Part shown: piece by piece, positions 53,023 to 61,305 of the stretch
Position numbering within the stretch: position 1 is the stretch's first letter
Layout: every line of letters starts with the position of its first letter
Source: Patescibacteria group bacterium
Lineage (GTDB): Bacteria; Patescibacteriota; UBA1384; XYA2-FULL-43-10
Direction of reading: 5' to 3'
Assembly: GCA_041674405.1 (NCBI GenBank)
Contig: JBAYVT010000004.1
Coordinates: forward strand, 74,599 to 138,598
Length of the DNA: 64,000 nt
Notes under the pieces: generated by a model
Databases searched by the model: none
Told to the model about the DNA's origin: nothing
The model's input: only the letters and a program-made list of their open reading frames with translations
Made by a program: the position numbers and the translations under genes

Positions 53023-54230
53023 ATTATTTGATCTATCTTAATGTTCTCTTGATCCCATCCTACATATTCCGGTTCGAATTATGCGGCATTCCAACCAATG
53101 TTTTTGAGATTGCTGTTGCTATAACTTTTATTGCGTTTCTCGCAGTTCAAATTGCCAAGAAGAAAAAAATAAAAATCAACAATGTCGATTGGGCGATCAT
53201 ATTTTTCCTGTTTTTTGCCTTTTTGGCAATTCTGATTTCACCTGACAAAAGGGCAGCGTTAGGGATTTTTAAAAGCTGGTTTATAGCTCCATCATTACTA
53301 TATTTTATTACGAAGGAAACTATAGCCAAAAAAGACGCTTATAAACTTGCAATTCCGGTTTTCATTTCACTTATGCTAGTGACAGCTTGGGCGATTTTGC
53401 AAAAACTTGGTATCATTTCAACTCTTTTCTATCAGGTAAACGATCTTACCTTCAATCAATATCTTCATGGCAATGTTCGTCTCTTTGGCCCGTTTGGTTC
53501 ACCAAATTATCTGGCCATGTTCATTGTGCCGTCATTTTTTCTTTCGTTAGCACTTTTTTCGAAAATAAAGAATGTAGCTCTGAAAATTCTTTTTTTACTG
53601 CTTGAGGTTGCACCACTAGTAGTCCTATACTACACGAAATCCCGCGGTGGGGTTCTCGCTTTGGGATTTGGAATGGTAATCTATGTTCTCGTTTATTCGT
53701 TGCACAAATTCAATATTTACAAATCGTTGAATCTAAGAGCGATCATTACTTCGATCATGGCGGTCCTAACTTTTCTTGTATATGCCTTTGGGTTTTATTC
53801 TCCAAATGATCATGCCAGGCGCGAAATATACCGATATGCTTGGCAAATGATTAAATCCCATCCGGTAACCGGTATTGGCCTCGATAATTTCCAGGGTGAG
53901 ATTCTTAAACTCTCGGCTGGGAATATAAGCTTTCAACAAAATATTTTGTCCTATGCTCTGCACCCACACAATCTTTTTCTAGCGATGTGGCTTTATGTCG
54001 GTCTCGGCGGGTTGATCGCTTTTCTCATTCTCATTTTGCAATTTTTTGGCCGGGCATTTCATTCTTTGCATGATAAAATGGCTATCTTTCCGATTGCAGC
54101 GATGACTGCCATGCTTGCCCACGGGTTGGTCGACACGACATTTTTCAAGAATGACCTATCAGCATTATTTTTTATCACCCTCGCCTTTGTAATTATTATC
54201 AACCAAAATGCCGAAAAAAATCCTCGATAA
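53019..54230 (+). CDS. O-antigen ligase-family (Wzy_C domain) membrane protein (2 of 3).
   Basis: ...YTKSRGGVLALGFGMVIYVL... and ...LHPHNLFLAMWLYVGLGGLIAFL... match the Wzy_C / O-antigen ligase motif region. Confidence 0.6.
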   Translation: MNYLIYLNVLLIPSYIFRFELCGIPTNVFEIAVAITFIAFLAVQIAKKKKIKINNVDWAIIFFLFFAFLAILISPDKRAALGIFKSWFIAPSLLYFITKETIAKKDAYKLAIPVFISLMLVTAWAILQKLGIISTLFYQVNDLTFNQYLHGNVRLFGPFGSPNYLAMFIVPSFFLSLALFSKIKNVALKILFLLLEVAPLVVLYYTKSRGGVLALGFGMVIYVLVYSLHKFNIYKSLNLRAIITSIMAVLTFLVYAFGFYSPNDHARREIYRYAWQMIKSHPVTGIGLDNFQGEILKLSAGNISFQQNILSYALHPHNLFLAMWLYVGLGGLIAFLILILQFFGRAFHSLHDKMAIFPIAAMTAMLAHGLVDTTFFKNDLSALFFITLAFVIIINQNAEKNPR

Positions 54231-55452
54231 AATCACTTACTATTTTGCCCTTATCGTAATTGTCTTTATTCCATTTCAGACCCCGATTCAAAATTTTCTT
54301 GAAAAGAGGCTTTCTCCAAGCCTGTCTTTTTGGCTAACACATTTTTATGAGCCAGTAATTATTTTCCTGCTAATTTTTGCCATCATATCAAATGTCGCCA
54401 GGAAAGATTTCTCAAACTGGAAAGCCAAAATTCCGCCTATTCTTTTGGTTTTTTTAGGGCTTGCATCAGTTTTTTTTATTGCAACTGGTTTTAGCCGTGG
54501 CCTGCAGGGATTTCGGTTTGATTTTATCGGGGTCCTGTTTTTTCTCATATGTTCAGTTGCATTGATGCAAAAAGCAGAGAAAAAAACGTTAATTTCAGCC
54601 TATATATTCGTTGCTCTCATAGCTTCCGTCTGGGCAATCATTGAGCGGTTTCTTCCCTTAAACTACTGGCAGTTGCTTGGGGTGCCAAGCTTTGGCTGGG
54701 GGACATTTACCGTCGTTTCTGTCTATCAAAGCTCGGCTTTCCTACCTGGACCAAATCAGCTTGGAAGCTACTTATTGCCTGCAGTTTTCTTGCTTATCTT
54801 AAACAAGCCGGAATTTTTCAAAGAGGGGATTTTGTCAAAAATCACAAGAGCCGTTGGATCAATCTTGCTCATATCGGCGATTGTTCTTACATTCTCAAGG
54901 GCTGCTCTTGTCGGATTAATTCTTGGGGTGGTTGCTTATATTATATTTATTGAAAAAAGCAGAAAAAGGCAGGCCTTATATGCAGTAATTCTGCTTGCGG
55001 TAGTGGCAATTATGGCTAGTTATTATCTTTCAGGAGGCAGAGAAGCCAGAGATCTCTTTACCCACGGGAGTTCCCAAGCAGAGCATGAGACTGCGCTTTC
55101 GTCTTCACTTACTGAAATAGGCCGCCGATTTTCCGAACCTTTCAAATTGACATTTGGTTCGGGAATCGGAGATGCTGGGCCTGCGGCTTTAAAGTATGCT
55201 GATGGTTTTATCTCTGAGTCTTGGTATATCCAGCTTCTTCTCGAGCTTGGAATCATCGGCCTCGCCTTGTGGCTATATTTCATTTTTGTTACACTGATCA
55301 GGCTTTATCGCGACAAGAATGCAGGATTGTTTTTAGGCTTAATATCAGTTTCTGGCGTGGCAATTTTTCTTCACACCTGGGCTGACAATCCGGCAGTAGC
55401 GATTACGATTTTTATTTTAATCGGGAGTTATCTATATGAGAATTCTAATTGA
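54208..55452 (+). CDS. O-antigen ligase / polymerase-like membrane protein (3 of 3).
   Basis: Polytopic, with ...FSRAALVGLILGVVAYIIF... and ...YIQLLLELGIIGLALWLYFIF... of Wzy_C type. Confidence 0.55.
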   Translation: MPKKILDKITYYFALIVIVFIPFQTPIQNFLEKRLSPSLSFWLTHFYEPVIIFLLIFAIISNVARKDFSNWKAKIPPILLVFLGLASVFFIATGFSRGLQGFRFDFIGVLFFLICSVALMQKAEKKTLISAYIFVALIASVWAIIERFLPLNYWQLLGVPSFGWGTFTVVSVYQSSAFLPGPNQLGSYLLPAVFLLILNKPEFFKEGILSKITRAVGSILLISAIVLTFSRAALVGLILGVVAYIIFIEKSRKRQALYAVILLAVVAIMASYYLSGGREARDLFTHGSSQAEHETALSSSLTEIGRRFSEPFKLTFGSGIGDAGPAALKYADGFISESWYIQLLLELGIIGLALWLYFIFVTLIRLYRDKNAGLFLGLISVSGVAIFLHTWADNPAVAITIFILIGSYLYENSN

Positions 55453-56569
55453 TGGGCGCTTTATTGGCGTGGGCGAATCTATCTCCCGCTACACGCTTGA
55501 AATAGTTCAAGGCATCTTAAAATTGGATCAAGAGCACGAATACACTCTCTTAATCCGCCCGCAAGGCGAAAAGTTTATAGCTGACAACTTACAGCTGAAA
55601 GCTAAAAATTTTCGTACAAAAGTTTTAGATATTCCTCACTACAGCTTCAAAGAGCAAACAGAGCTTCTCAAATATTTAAATTCTGAAAAATTTGATCTTG
55701 TGCACTTTACCCAATTTAACCATCCGATTCGTTACAAAGGAAATTATGTGATCTCGGTGCATGACCTAACCCTTCTTGGGCATCTGCATCGCATGAATAT
55801 TGTAAAAAGGCTGGGGTTTCGGGCTGTTATGAAGTCGGCAATAATGGATTCAAGAAAAATTATTACAATTTCGAACACAACCAAGGACGATCTTGTTGAA
55901 ACATATAGGATTGATCCGGACAAAATTGCTATTACATACCTCGGCGTTGACAACAAGTATAATTCAAATTTCAAATCTCAATCCGCCAGCTGGCGGACAA
56001 AAATTAGGGATTTTAAAGAAAAGTATAAGACGGGAGAGAAATACATTCTCTATACAGGAATGTGGAAGCGGCACAAGAATCTTCTGCGTATGTTCGATGC
56101 TTTCGAGCGAGCGAAACTTTCTGATGTAAAGCTTGTGCTGGTCGGCAAAATTGATAAAGAAGAGCCGGAAATCTTGAAACGAATTGATGAAATCAATTCC
56201 AAGCAAAAAATTATTGTAACGACCGGATTTGTTGAGGAGGAGGAACTTCCCATTGCTTATGCTGGGGCAGTAGCTTATTGCATTCCCTCGCTCTCCGAGG
56301 GGTTCGGCCTTCCACCACTCGAGGCAATGGCTTGTGGTACGCCTGTAATTTCTTCAGCAGTATCGGCGATGCCGGAAATTCTCGGCAAGGCGGCGTTCTA
56401 CTTCGACCCGTACGATATTGAAGATATGTCGATGGCGATGAAAACAATCGTCGAAGATGAAAAATTGCAAAAAGAACTATCGCAAAAGGGGTTGAAGTGG
56501 GTAGCGCGCTACGATTGGGAGAAGACCGCAAAAGAAACTCTGGATGTGTACAAAAGTTTATTGAAATAA
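55436..56569 (+). CDS. GT4 (GT-B fold) glycosyltransferase.
   Basis: C-terminal [20 protein letters not shown], the E-x7-E region of retaining GT4 enzymes. Confidence 0.75.
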   Translation: MRILIDGRFIGVGESISRYTLEIVQGILKLDQEHEYTLLIRPQGEKFIADNLQLKAKNFRTKVLDIPHYSFKEQTELLKYLNSEKFDLVHFTQFNHPIRYKGNYVISVHDLTLLGHLHRMNIVKRLGFRAVMKSAIMDSRKIITISNTTKDDLVETYRIDPDKIAITYLGVDNKYNSNFKSQSASWRTKIRDFKEKYKTGEKYILYTGMWKRHKNLLRMFDAFERAKLSDVKLVLVGKIDKEEPEILKRIDEINSKQKIIVTTGFVEEEELPIAYAGAVAYCIPSLSEGFGLPPLEAMACGTPVISSAVSAMPEILGKAAFYFDPYDIEDMSMAMKTIVEDEKLQKELSQKGLKWVARYDWEKTAKETLDVYKSLLK

Positions 56570-56574
56570 TTGTT

Positions 56575-56618
56575 CTCATAAACGCGAAAACGCCGCAGAT
56601 CGTACTGATCCGCGGCGT
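56575..56618 (-). terminator. Terminator for the minus-strand lipoprotein gene.
   Basis: 12-bp stem with one mismatch (acgccgcagatc / gatccgcggcgt) and loop gtact. On the minus strand it is followed by uuucgcguuu. Confidence 0.55.
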
Positions 56619-56644
56619 CCTCGGTGATACCCTCCATGGCGTGT

Positions 56645-57394
56645 CTACTTCTTGGGGCTTGTCCTCGCCAAGTCCGCGTTGTAGACCCGTTCGATGGCTT
56701 GGCTGTCCGCTTCGCCGTCTCGGATGTTGATTTCCTTCGGCCAGGGCTTTATCTTCCAGTGATTGCCCTGGTAGCCGTCGGAGATGGCCAGCCAAAGGTG
56801 CTCGCCCTGGCGAATGCCCATCGGGTAGTTGGGTCCAGCCAGCGCCAGGTCCTCCCATACAGCATCCGAGAGCTTCTGCTCGACTTCCAGCTTGATGCCG
56901 TCGAGAGTTCCCGAACCGATGACCAGACTTTGCTGCCTCCCGAGATGATGTAGCACAACGGTGACTTGGCCTTCTGGATTGTTGGGGGGCGGCAGCGGAG
57001 TGCCGGGCGCTACCCCGGGGACCGCCGTGTTGCTGACCGGAGTGATGGTGATTTCGGTGTACTGCACGCCATCACTCGAGGTGGTGCCCACGGGGTAAAT
57101 CTTGACCGAAGGCACATTCCAGATCTCCATGAGCCCCTGCATCACAGGGCCAAGGTTCGTCCAGTTCGGGTCTCTGGTGGCGAATAGCGCCATTCCTTCG
57201 TTGTAGTCAAGGAGACCGCTTGCCCCGTGATGCGTGACGTCGTTCAGGTTCTCGATCTTGTGCAAGGACGATGCCGACATCGCTGTGGTAGACGCGGTGT
57301 TGCTGCCGGTATTGGTGCAGCCGGCAATCAACAACGCTAGCAGCAGAATCACGAGCAAAGACAACGGAACGTTTCTCACAAGAATCCCTCCCAA
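56645..57394 (-). CDS. Lipoprotein (249 aa) in GC-rich cassette G. It is a paralog of the next gene.
   Basis: Lipobox LLALLIAGC. It shares ...TLDG[IL]... and the overall pattern with the 285-aa neighbour. Confidence 0.55.
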   Translation of the reverse strand: MGGILVRNVPLSLLVILLLALLIAGCTNTGSNTASTTAMSASSLHKIENLNDVTHHGASGLLDYNEGMALFATRDPNWTNLGPVMQGLMEIWNVPSVKIYPVGTTSSDGVQYTEITITPVSNTAVPGVAPGTPLPPPNNPEGQVTVVLHHLGRQQSLVIGSGTLDGIKLEVEQKLSDAVWEDLALAGPNYPMGIRQGEHLWLAISDGYQGNHWKIKPWPKEINIRDGEADSQAIERVYNADLARTSPKK

Positions 57395-57536
57395 AGTTTC
57401 AGCCCCGCCTTGGAGGCGGGCTGTATGGCTGCGGAATCAGAATATCCGAGCGGGCTGCCCCGCACCACATGAGTGGGGGACGGCACCGCTTGGTGCTAGC
57501 CTCAATGAGACTAACCAAGCACAAGTTGTAGGGTTC

Positions 57537-58394
57537 CTAGTCCGGCTGGCCCTTGGGGTCGTACCGCGGCGTCGACGGGGGTTGTGCCGCGAACTGGACC
57601 TCGGCGTGCTCAGTTGCGAGCTTGTTGCCTTTGGTATCCAGATTCGACCAGGTGATCTTGGCGTAGACCGCCTTGACACCCCAGTACGCCTTGAGGTCTC
57701 TGACGGCATCCCCGAAACCCGCAAGCTGGGGATCCTGGGAGACCCAGTCAGCAAAGCGCGTACTGAGCGTCTTGCCGTCTACGAAGCTGAATCCGCCCTG
57801 GGACAAGCTCTTGTCTGCGATCAGCGCTTGCCGATCATGGGTTGCGAGCTTGGATTCCAGGTTGGACTCGGCCACTGATGCCAGAAAGGCCCTCTCGATA
57901 GCCTCGGGGTACGTCTCGGTCAGGCCGACCTTGACCTTCTCTGGCCACGAGCAGAGGTTCCAGGTGGGATCGCCCATCCGCCAGACGGAAACCTCGGCGA
58001 ACCAGAACTGGTCACCCCTAACGATCCCAAGACCCGAGTACGCCCAGTGTTCCATGTCCTTGTTGACCTTCGCCAAGATCGACTTGTCGCCGATCGTGAG
58101 CGAAAGGCCGTCCAGCGTGGCCGGGGAATTCATGGTTTCCCTGGTGCCAAACTTGTACAGCACCAGAGTCACCGGACCATCGGGGTTGTCAGCCGGCCGA
58201 GTGCTTGCCGGCATCTCGGGGACGACCTTGAGGGTCACTTCGGGAGCCTCAGCCTTTTCGGTCGTGCAGCCGGGCATCCAGACTACCATCATGACAGCGA
58301 TCGCGGTCATGATGAACTTCAGAATATGCTTCACGGGAATCCCTCCATGGTAGTCAGTCACGCTTGGGGGCGTGCTGTTGTTGTCGGATAGCAA
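57537..58394 (-). CDS. Lipoprotein (about 257-285 aa) in GC-rich cassette G.
   Basis: Lipobox VVWMPGC. The start may be the internal MTAIAV (58310). Confidence 0.5.
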   Translation of the reverse strand: MLSDNNSTPPSVTDYHGGIPVKHILKFIMTAIAVMMVVWMPGCTTEKAEAPEVTLKVVPEMPASTRPADNPDGPVTLVLYKFGTRETMNSPATLDGLSLTIGDKSILAKVNKDMEHWAYSGLGIVRGDQFWFAEVSVWRMGDPTWNLCSWPEKVKVGLTETYPEAIERAFLASVAESNLESKLATHDRQALIADKSLSQGGFSFVDGKTLSTRFADWVSQDPQLAGFGDAVRDLKAYWGVKAVYAKITWSNLDTKGNKLATEHAEVQFAAQPPSTPRYDPKGQPD

Positions 58395-58684
58395 TCTCCG
58401 AGCGGGATGGCGCCAATCGCGAAGATTGAAGCGCCGACTCCGCTTGGGCCGACCAAAGTCGGTTTGGGCTCAATTCTACTTGTGGCTAAGCATCATGTGG
58501 CAAATCGCTCCGATGAAGAGGAGTAGGCCACCGGTGCCAGCAACCAGCAGGTCATTTATTACATGCATTACTGCGTCCATGTGTGTGCTCCTCCTGTACT
58601 GTAATCATTCGAGCAGTCTCGCTCGGCACCCTTGTGGGATGCTGAGCGGGAACTGCGCAAGTGAATGCGCGTGATGGCCAAGGG

Positions 58685-59098
58685 CTAGCCCCAGCCGTCC
58701 AAAACCGGGAAAGTGTAGGTCGCGATGACCTTGCCATCCTTGTGTGCGATGGCAGTGCACATGCCAGGCGCCTGGAAGACCCAGTTCTTGCCTGTTGGGA
58801 GGATGATGGCCCCCTTGCCATCCGTCCCCTCGGTGACCGTGATCTGCGCATCGACGCCCCCCTGGGGGCTCGGCGTGCCGATCTCCCTTGAGGCGACTAC
58901 GTAGAAGTCGGTAGGGACTGTGATGGCCGTCTCGGTCGCCGGGCGCCAGACGTGATCTGTGGAGGCCCAGATCTGCATCTGGATGTGATACTGGGGAGCT
59001 GTCGGCATGGGGCTGCCGCCACCGGCGCAGCCGGCGAGCACGACAGTCAGGAGTACGGCAATCACGAACCAGCAAAACGACGAAATCTGCTTCAACAT
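58685..59098 (-). CDS. Lipoprotein (about 137 aa) in GC-rich cassette G.
   Basis: The start is taken at MLKQISSFCWFVIAVLLTVVLAGC (lipobox LAGC). Confidence 0.5.
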   Translation of the reverse strand: MLKQISSFCWFVIAVLLTVVLAGCAGGGSPMPTAPQYHIQMQIWASTDHVWRPATETAITVPTDFYVVASREIGTPSPQGGVDAQITVTEGTDGKGAIILPTGKNWVFQAPGMCTAIAHKDGKVIATYTFPVLDGWG

Positions 59099-59261
59099 TT
59101 GAAACCCTCCCGGGGTAGTGGTATGGCGCGCGCAAGCGCAGCGCCTATTGTTACTCAAGGTAACCGAACAATATAACATAAAATATAAGAAATGTCAATA
59201 TTGTTGAGCGTGGTTAGATGTGCTAATCTTACGCTGTAACAGCTAGATTGATAGGAGAATT

Positions 59262-60965
59262 ATGAACATGATCCTCGTTTTTGCGCCAATAGCGGCAGCT
59301 TTGATCTCGGTACTATTCGGGCTTGTCACGCTTATCCGTGCAGGCAACTCTCATGTTAGTAACAAAAAAATCCTCGATGCCGGAAAAGATGTCGAAAAAA
59401 AGGTTCGCTCCTATATCAGCCGTGAATTTAATGTACTTGCGGTTTCGGTGGTGATTTTATTCGTAATATTGCTCTATTTGCTCGGTTGGAAGATCAGCCT
59501 TACTTTTCTCGCAGGTGCCGTCATCACGATTGCGGTCAATCTTACAAATTCAATTCTATTTGCACGGGCTTATTCACGCATTGTTGAGGATACGCGCTCA
59601 AACCAAATCAACGCTGCAAATATTATATTTACTCTTTCCGGAGCTTCGTCTTTGTTTGCATTCGGAGCGGCTCTTGTTGCAAGTGTTATAACTTATGTAT
59701 TATCTGGAGACTTTGTTTTTCTGCTTTCACTCACTTTGGGCGCGATTTTGGTTGAAATTATCTCAAAACTGCGATTTCACGGGATTTCAGATAAAAACAC
59801 CGAAAAAATCGAGATAAATGAGAACGATCACACCTCCGGAGGACTTATCGGCGCGGTTGCCGGAGTATCCGCGGCAGGCGTTTATTTTATCTCAAACTTA
59901 TATTCAGGAACTGAAAACTCGGTGTATTTATCTTTCCTTATTCTGGGGTTGGGGGCCATTGCAATGCTAATAGGCGTACTTATCACAAGATTCCGAACCG
60001 ACATGAAGCTGGGCCGGCTTATGCTCACATTCCTTATAATTCCCTCGGTGTTGATTCTGGTAGGATCATATTTTGCTGTATCTTGGTTGATTTATGGAGA
60101 AGGCTTACATGCCACGATCAATCTATCGGTTTCTGCACTCGCTGGCCTGATCGCAGCATTCATGCTGTATATATCCGGCTATTTCATCTCTCAAAAATAT
60201 CGCCTTCACGGCGAAAATTATATCCTAATTTCAAATGTAATCTCGATTGTTCTCGCCATCGCTGCAATTTTGGGCATCTATACCCTAAATGGATATGCTG
60301 GAGTTTCAGTATTCGCGCTGGCCCTGTCAGCTTTTCTTATCCCAATGATGTCGCAATCACGTATGCTTTCAACAAGTAGTAATGCCGAGTTTGTAAGAGC
60401 CATTTCTGGCATTGAAATGGAGACAGACAAGATCAAGGGTGCGTATGACTCAACAAATGTCTTTCGCAGAAGTTTGGCAGACTACCCGTTTTATCTAGCT
60501 ATCATTGTAAATTTACTCCTCTTTTGGGTGTTTATTGGTAGAATGGGGAGCAGTATGCTTTCCGCAAATTTATCCGATCCTTACCTTATTGCCGGAATCG
60601 TCCTCGGGGGATTGGCTGCATATGTACTTGCTATGAATCTATCTGGTTGGGTAAAACAGGGAATAATCGTGCCGATCGCTATCCTTTTAGCCCTTCCGGC
60701 TCTATCTGGACTACTTTTGGGTGCCAGCATGTCATTCGGGGCAGTGATTGGCTATGTTGTCGTAGCGTTGATTTTGGCGGCGATCAATGATCGGGTCTCG
60801 ATCAGTGTGAGTTCCATCGGGTTGATTCTGGGTGCGACATTATTTTCATCGCTAATTAAAATGGCTCCAAGTTTGCGTTTGAAACTCATAATCGGAATTG
60901 CTCTAGTCGTATTGATCCTGGTCTATGTTGTAATGTCTCGAATGACAAAAAAGGAAGCTAAATGA
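59262..60965 (+). CDS. Large polytopic membrane protein (567 aa). Unknown function.
   Basis: About 14 hydrophobic helices. I recognise no catalytic motif; H+-PPase motifs are absent. Confidence 0.5.
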   Translation: MNMILVFAPIAAALISVLFGLVTLIRAGNSHVSNKKILDAGKDVEKKVRSYISREFNVLAVSVVILFVILLYLLGWKISLTFLAGAVITIAVNLTNSILFARAYSRIVEDTRSNQINAANIIFTLSGASSLFAFGAALVASVITYVLSGDFVFLLSLTLGAILVEIISKLRFHGISDKNTEKIEINENDHTSGGLIGAVAGVSAAGVYFISNLYSGTENSVYLSFLILGLGAIAMLIGVLITRFRTDMKLGRLMLTFLIIPSVLILVGSYFAVSWLIYGEGLHATINLSVSALAGLIAAFMLYISGYFISQKYRLHGENYILISNVISIVLAIAAILGIYTLNGYAGVSVFALALSAFLIPMMSQSRMLSTSSNAEFVRAISGIEMETDKIKGAYDSTNVFRRSLADYPFYLAIIVNLLLFWVFIGRMGSSMLSANLSDPYLIAGIVLGGLAAYVLAMNLSGWVKQGIIVPIAILLALPALSGLLLGASMSFGAVIGYVVVALILAAINDRVSISVSSIGLILGATLFSSLIKMAPSLRLKLIIGIALVVLILVYVVMSRMTKKEAK

Positions 60966-61195
60966 GTATGCCAGAAGAATCAAAAACGACAACATTTACC
61001 CTTGATCGCTTCGAGGGAAGCAAAGCGATCTTGATCGGCGAACATGAGGAGGTCATTGTTCCCAAGAAAATTGTTCCCAAAGGTGTAGGCGAGGGTGATA
61101 TAGTGCATCTCACCTTGTCGTCCGATGAATTCGAGACCAAAAAACGCGAGAAAACCGCCAAAGAAATTTTGAATGAGATACTGAACCAAAAATAA
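60962..61195 (+). CDS. Small conserved-looking protein (77 aa), possibly DUF3006-like.
   Basis: MSMPEESKTTTFTLDRFEGSKAILIGEHEEVIVPKKIVPKGVGEGDIVHL... ATGA-coupled to the upstream membrane-protein gene. Confidence 0.4.
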   Translation: MSMPEESKTTTFTLDRFEGSKAILIGEHEEVIVPKKIVPKGVGEGDIVHLTLSSDEFETKKREKTAKEILNEILNQK

Positions 61196-61305
61196 CCATG
61201 GCTTACTGGTAAATAATTTAGTATTATCGGAATAGAAAACAAAAACAGAACTACACTATTGATAGAGATTGCTTCGTTGCAAGCTCCTCGACCCAGGGGG
61301 TCCCC

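Noticed and set aside
59262-60965. H+-translocating pyrophosphatase call for the 567-aa polytopic protein
   Set aside because: The characteristic HppA motifs (GGG..DNVGDNVGD, EY..S) are absent. It is kept as a generic membrane protein.
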